From Rhynchopus sp. YZ270_cl-10 (lineage: Eukaryota), in contig OZ037841.1 in NCBI GenBank assembly GCA_964035575.1, forward strand, positions 1,240,001 through 1,304,000: a stretch of 64,000 nucleotides of DNA, read 5' to 3'. The notes under the pieces are model-generated. The model was not told the origin of the DNA. It saw nothing but the letters and a program-made list of their open reading frames with translations, and did no database searches. Shown piece by piece: positions 61,301-64,000 of the stretch (the stretch's first letter is position 1; each line of letters starts with the position of its first letter). The position numbers and the translations under genes are program-made.

Positions 61301-62198
61301 TTAGGTCATACACGTGTTATACCCCAAACTGACCAAGAAATTTTCCCAGTGTTCGATGGTGATCGAATTAAATCGGTGGTAAAAAGTGAAAAATGGGGCA
61401 TGCCAGGCCCACGTCAATCAGCCTAAAAATGTTGCAACTTTAAACGCGCGTCTCTCCCGTACACCAATACACACTTTTTAACACATACAGTACAGCAAGG
61501 GAAAACCAAGGGATTTTACCCTGTGTTCTCCTTGTTACGGCTGCACTAACCTAATCATCAAAACTGCTCGATTTTGGCTTTATCTCAGATCGACATCAAT
61601 TCTTACGAAATATAATTTATTTTACGATTTTGAGTAGAATTCTGTTTGCAGGGCGAAGTCACGAGGCAGGGGGTGATTTTGGGGGTGAGCGCCAAAAAAA
61701 GTCGTTTTCCTAGGGTTGACCCACCTCCCTCCAGCATCCAACGATATGACATTTTCACGAAAGTTGTCGATTCTTGCCTTATTCTTGTCACACAGAAAAA
61801 AAAATGTTTTTACGAAAATGAGTAGAACCCCATTACCCCTACCAACGTGTGGCATTCGTGCGCCACTATAGTGGCACTTGCTATGGGTAAAAACGGTTTT
61901 CTGGTTTCAGTGCCTCGCTGGCGACATCCGTTGGGGGGGATTCTGGTGTGAGAATGTTCTCGATTTTTGCTTTATTTGAAAGATTCGCCACAAAATCGTT
62001 TCAAGGAAAAGAGTCGGTCAAAAAAGTCCAAGTAGAACCCAGAAACTCTCCCTTGCCACCCATTTCACGCCCATGCCCCTTGTACTACTAGGGGAAAAAA
62101 AAAAAAAAAACGATCGTGAAAAAAAAAAAAAAATGTCAAGATCTTGAAAAAAAGTTCAAGATCTTGAAAAAAACCGTCACGATCGTTCTCACACTATG
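58352..62198. mobile_element. Composite non-autonomous element with CATAG..CTATG ends and ACGATCGT arrays
   Basis: CATAGGGTGAAAACGATCG ... CGATCGTTCTCACACTATG, both flanked by T6. The interrupted GGCCGAAAAAATTTT repeat continues on both sides. Confidence 0.65.
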
Positions 62199-62550
62199 TT
62201 TTTTGGCCAAAAAAATTTTTTTGGCCGAAAATCGCCTTGTATAGCCACTACAGTACACATGGTTTTACCAAAATAGCCGTATTTTGGCTGAAAATTTGAC
62301 TTGAAAATTTTTTTCATTGTTTGGTCAATCTGAGGTTTTCTTTGAATTTTTTGGGCCATTTTATGACCTACTACACCCAATTTTTGGGGGATTTTTTTTT
62401 TCTTGGTCAAAAAATAGCGCTTGTTGCCTACTACTGGGTATAGGCTTGTTCAGAGGTGTGTATTTGGTGTACCCAGACATGGTCAAAACACATGAATTTT
62501 GCGTTTTTTTGCATTTTTAGGTTCTCGACCAACCAGGGGGCGACCAATTT

Positions 62551-62899
62551 GGGTACTGGGTACTGGGTACTGGGTACTGGGTACTGGGTACTGGGTACTG
62601 GGTACTGGGTACTGGGTACTGGGTACTGGGTACTGGGTACTGGGTACTGGGTACTGGGTACTGGGTACTGGGTACTGGGTACTGGGTACTGGGTACTGGG
62701 TACTGGGTACTGGGTACTGGGTACTGGGTACTGGGTACTGGGTACTGGGTACTGGGTACTGGGTACTGGGTACTGGGTACTGGGTACTGGGTACTGGGTA
62801 CTGGGTACTGGGTACTGGGTACTGGGTACTGGGTACTGGGTACTGGGTACTGGGTACTGGGTACTGGGTACTGGGTACTGGGTACTGGGTACTGGGTAC
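62551..62899. repeat. Perfect 7-bp satellite (GGGTACT)n, about 50 copies
   Basis: Directly visible. Confidence 0.97.
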
Positions 62900-63589
62900 C
62901 AAGAGAAGGCAGCTTGACAGCAGCGAAGGCGGAGGCTACGGGGAAGACAAGGTATGTAAATGTTTAACTTTCAGTTACTTGTGTAGATGCAAACAACACA
63001 CCCAGTGTTTGCAGCATTTTATTTTCTTGTGTGCTTTCTCTTCTTTGAATCGAAAGTATGTGAACCTTATTACATCATGATACAATGCAACGAGGCCGAA
63101 ACAGCCTCACTAAGGCCTCTGAAAATAAATGTTCAGACTTGGCACTTACTTATGTTTAGGTGCGCCTCAACCACACGCTTGAATATATTTAATTTGCCAC
63201 ACCTCAGATAGATTTTCCAGATATGCCTATGTTCAGGTGTTCCAGGCCTCGTCACAAATAGACAAAAAAACAAAAGCCAAAACAACAGAGAGAGAGCCAA
63301 CAATTTTTTATCTCACTTGTGTAATAATGTTTAGCCGCGTTTTCGAAATTCCTTCCTGGAGATTACACAAAATACAGTAGACATTATCTCCGCACACAAA
63401 GAACAAAACAAAACCCATGCCGAGAGTAGGCGCAAAAGCAATGTGGAGGAGATCTGCGCATGCAACCAAAAGGGTTGCAGTCATAGGACTTCGAGGAACT
63501 GTTCACCATACCCAACCTTGACGCCCCGTACTAGGTGGTCATACATCATTTGTCAAATATACTGTAGGAATTTCGAAAACGCAGCACAA

Positions 63590-64000
63590 CATTATTGCCC
63601 GTGAGATAATAACTATTTATTCGAGTGAAATAAGAACTATTTTATTTCACGCGCCACTAAAAAGGTGCCCGAGTGCGTTATTTCCCGAGCGAAGCGAGGG
63701 GAATAAGAGTGAGAGTCACGAGGGTGCCTTTTTAGTGGCAAGTGCAAGAAAATGTTCTTATTTCACTCAATATGTAATTTTATTCCACAAGTGAAAAACG
63801 TATTTATAGGTGTAAACAGTGGAACGTTGAGCCCACGCTCCACCCCTCACACCACCACACTTCAAATTACAGATTATTTATTGCCTCTTACACACATGCC
63901 TAAACCCACGCGCAAGTTTGCGGAGATGGAGGATGCATATGACAACTTGTTCGACGACATGAACAGTGGTGTGCAGTACAGGAAAACATGGGACGATTTC
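63590..64000 (+). mobile_element. Start of a second Crypton-like element; ORF from 63896 runs off the window
   Basis: AATAACTATTTATT (63608) is the reverse complement of 25217-25230; palindrome with GCGAAGC apex (63689). MPKPTRKFAEMEDAYDNLFDDMNSGVQYRKTWDDF resembles the 24267 peptide. Confidence 0.45.

Noticed and set aside
62551..62899. (GGGTACT)n as a telomere
   Set aside because: Internal, flanked by complex sequence on both sides, and not the TTAGGG unit expected for this group.
1..64000. tRNA, rRNA or spliced-leader RNA genes
   Set aside because: None recognised by eye. GGTTCGA in family B lacks the rest of a cloverleaf; tRNAscan/Infernal would be needed to exclude them.

Overview
Eukaryotic, repeat-rich genomic DNA, most consistent with a euglenozoan (diplonemid/kinetoplastid-like); the organism is inferred from gene architecture only. 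All ten host genes lie on the + strand as a directional cluster, preceded by pyrimidine tracts and mostly without introns: Ubl-ankyrin, receptor-type class III cyclase, Zn-ribbon/HIT-like protein, a single-TM protein, PDZ protein, Ubl-WD40, Ubl-LRR, a multi-TM protein, syntaxin-16-like and a Trf4/PAPD5-like protein. Mobile DNA includes a complete hAT transposon (8-bp TSD, BED finger on a separate exon), a 5'-truncated RNase H-bearing LINE (12-bp TSD) in the 5' leader of the LRR gene, a 1.25-kb foldback, several CA..TG-ended non-autonomous elements with 6-bp TSDs, probable Crypton-like tyrosine-recombinase remnants and GTAC-containing satellites. The strongest unexplained signal is a set of short, strand-oriented, covarying stem-loop families dispersed through intergenic and intronic DNA (about 50 copies by eye). 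Three genes share a 'ubiquitin-like domain + repeat solenoid' design, and several enzymes appear catalytically degenerate.
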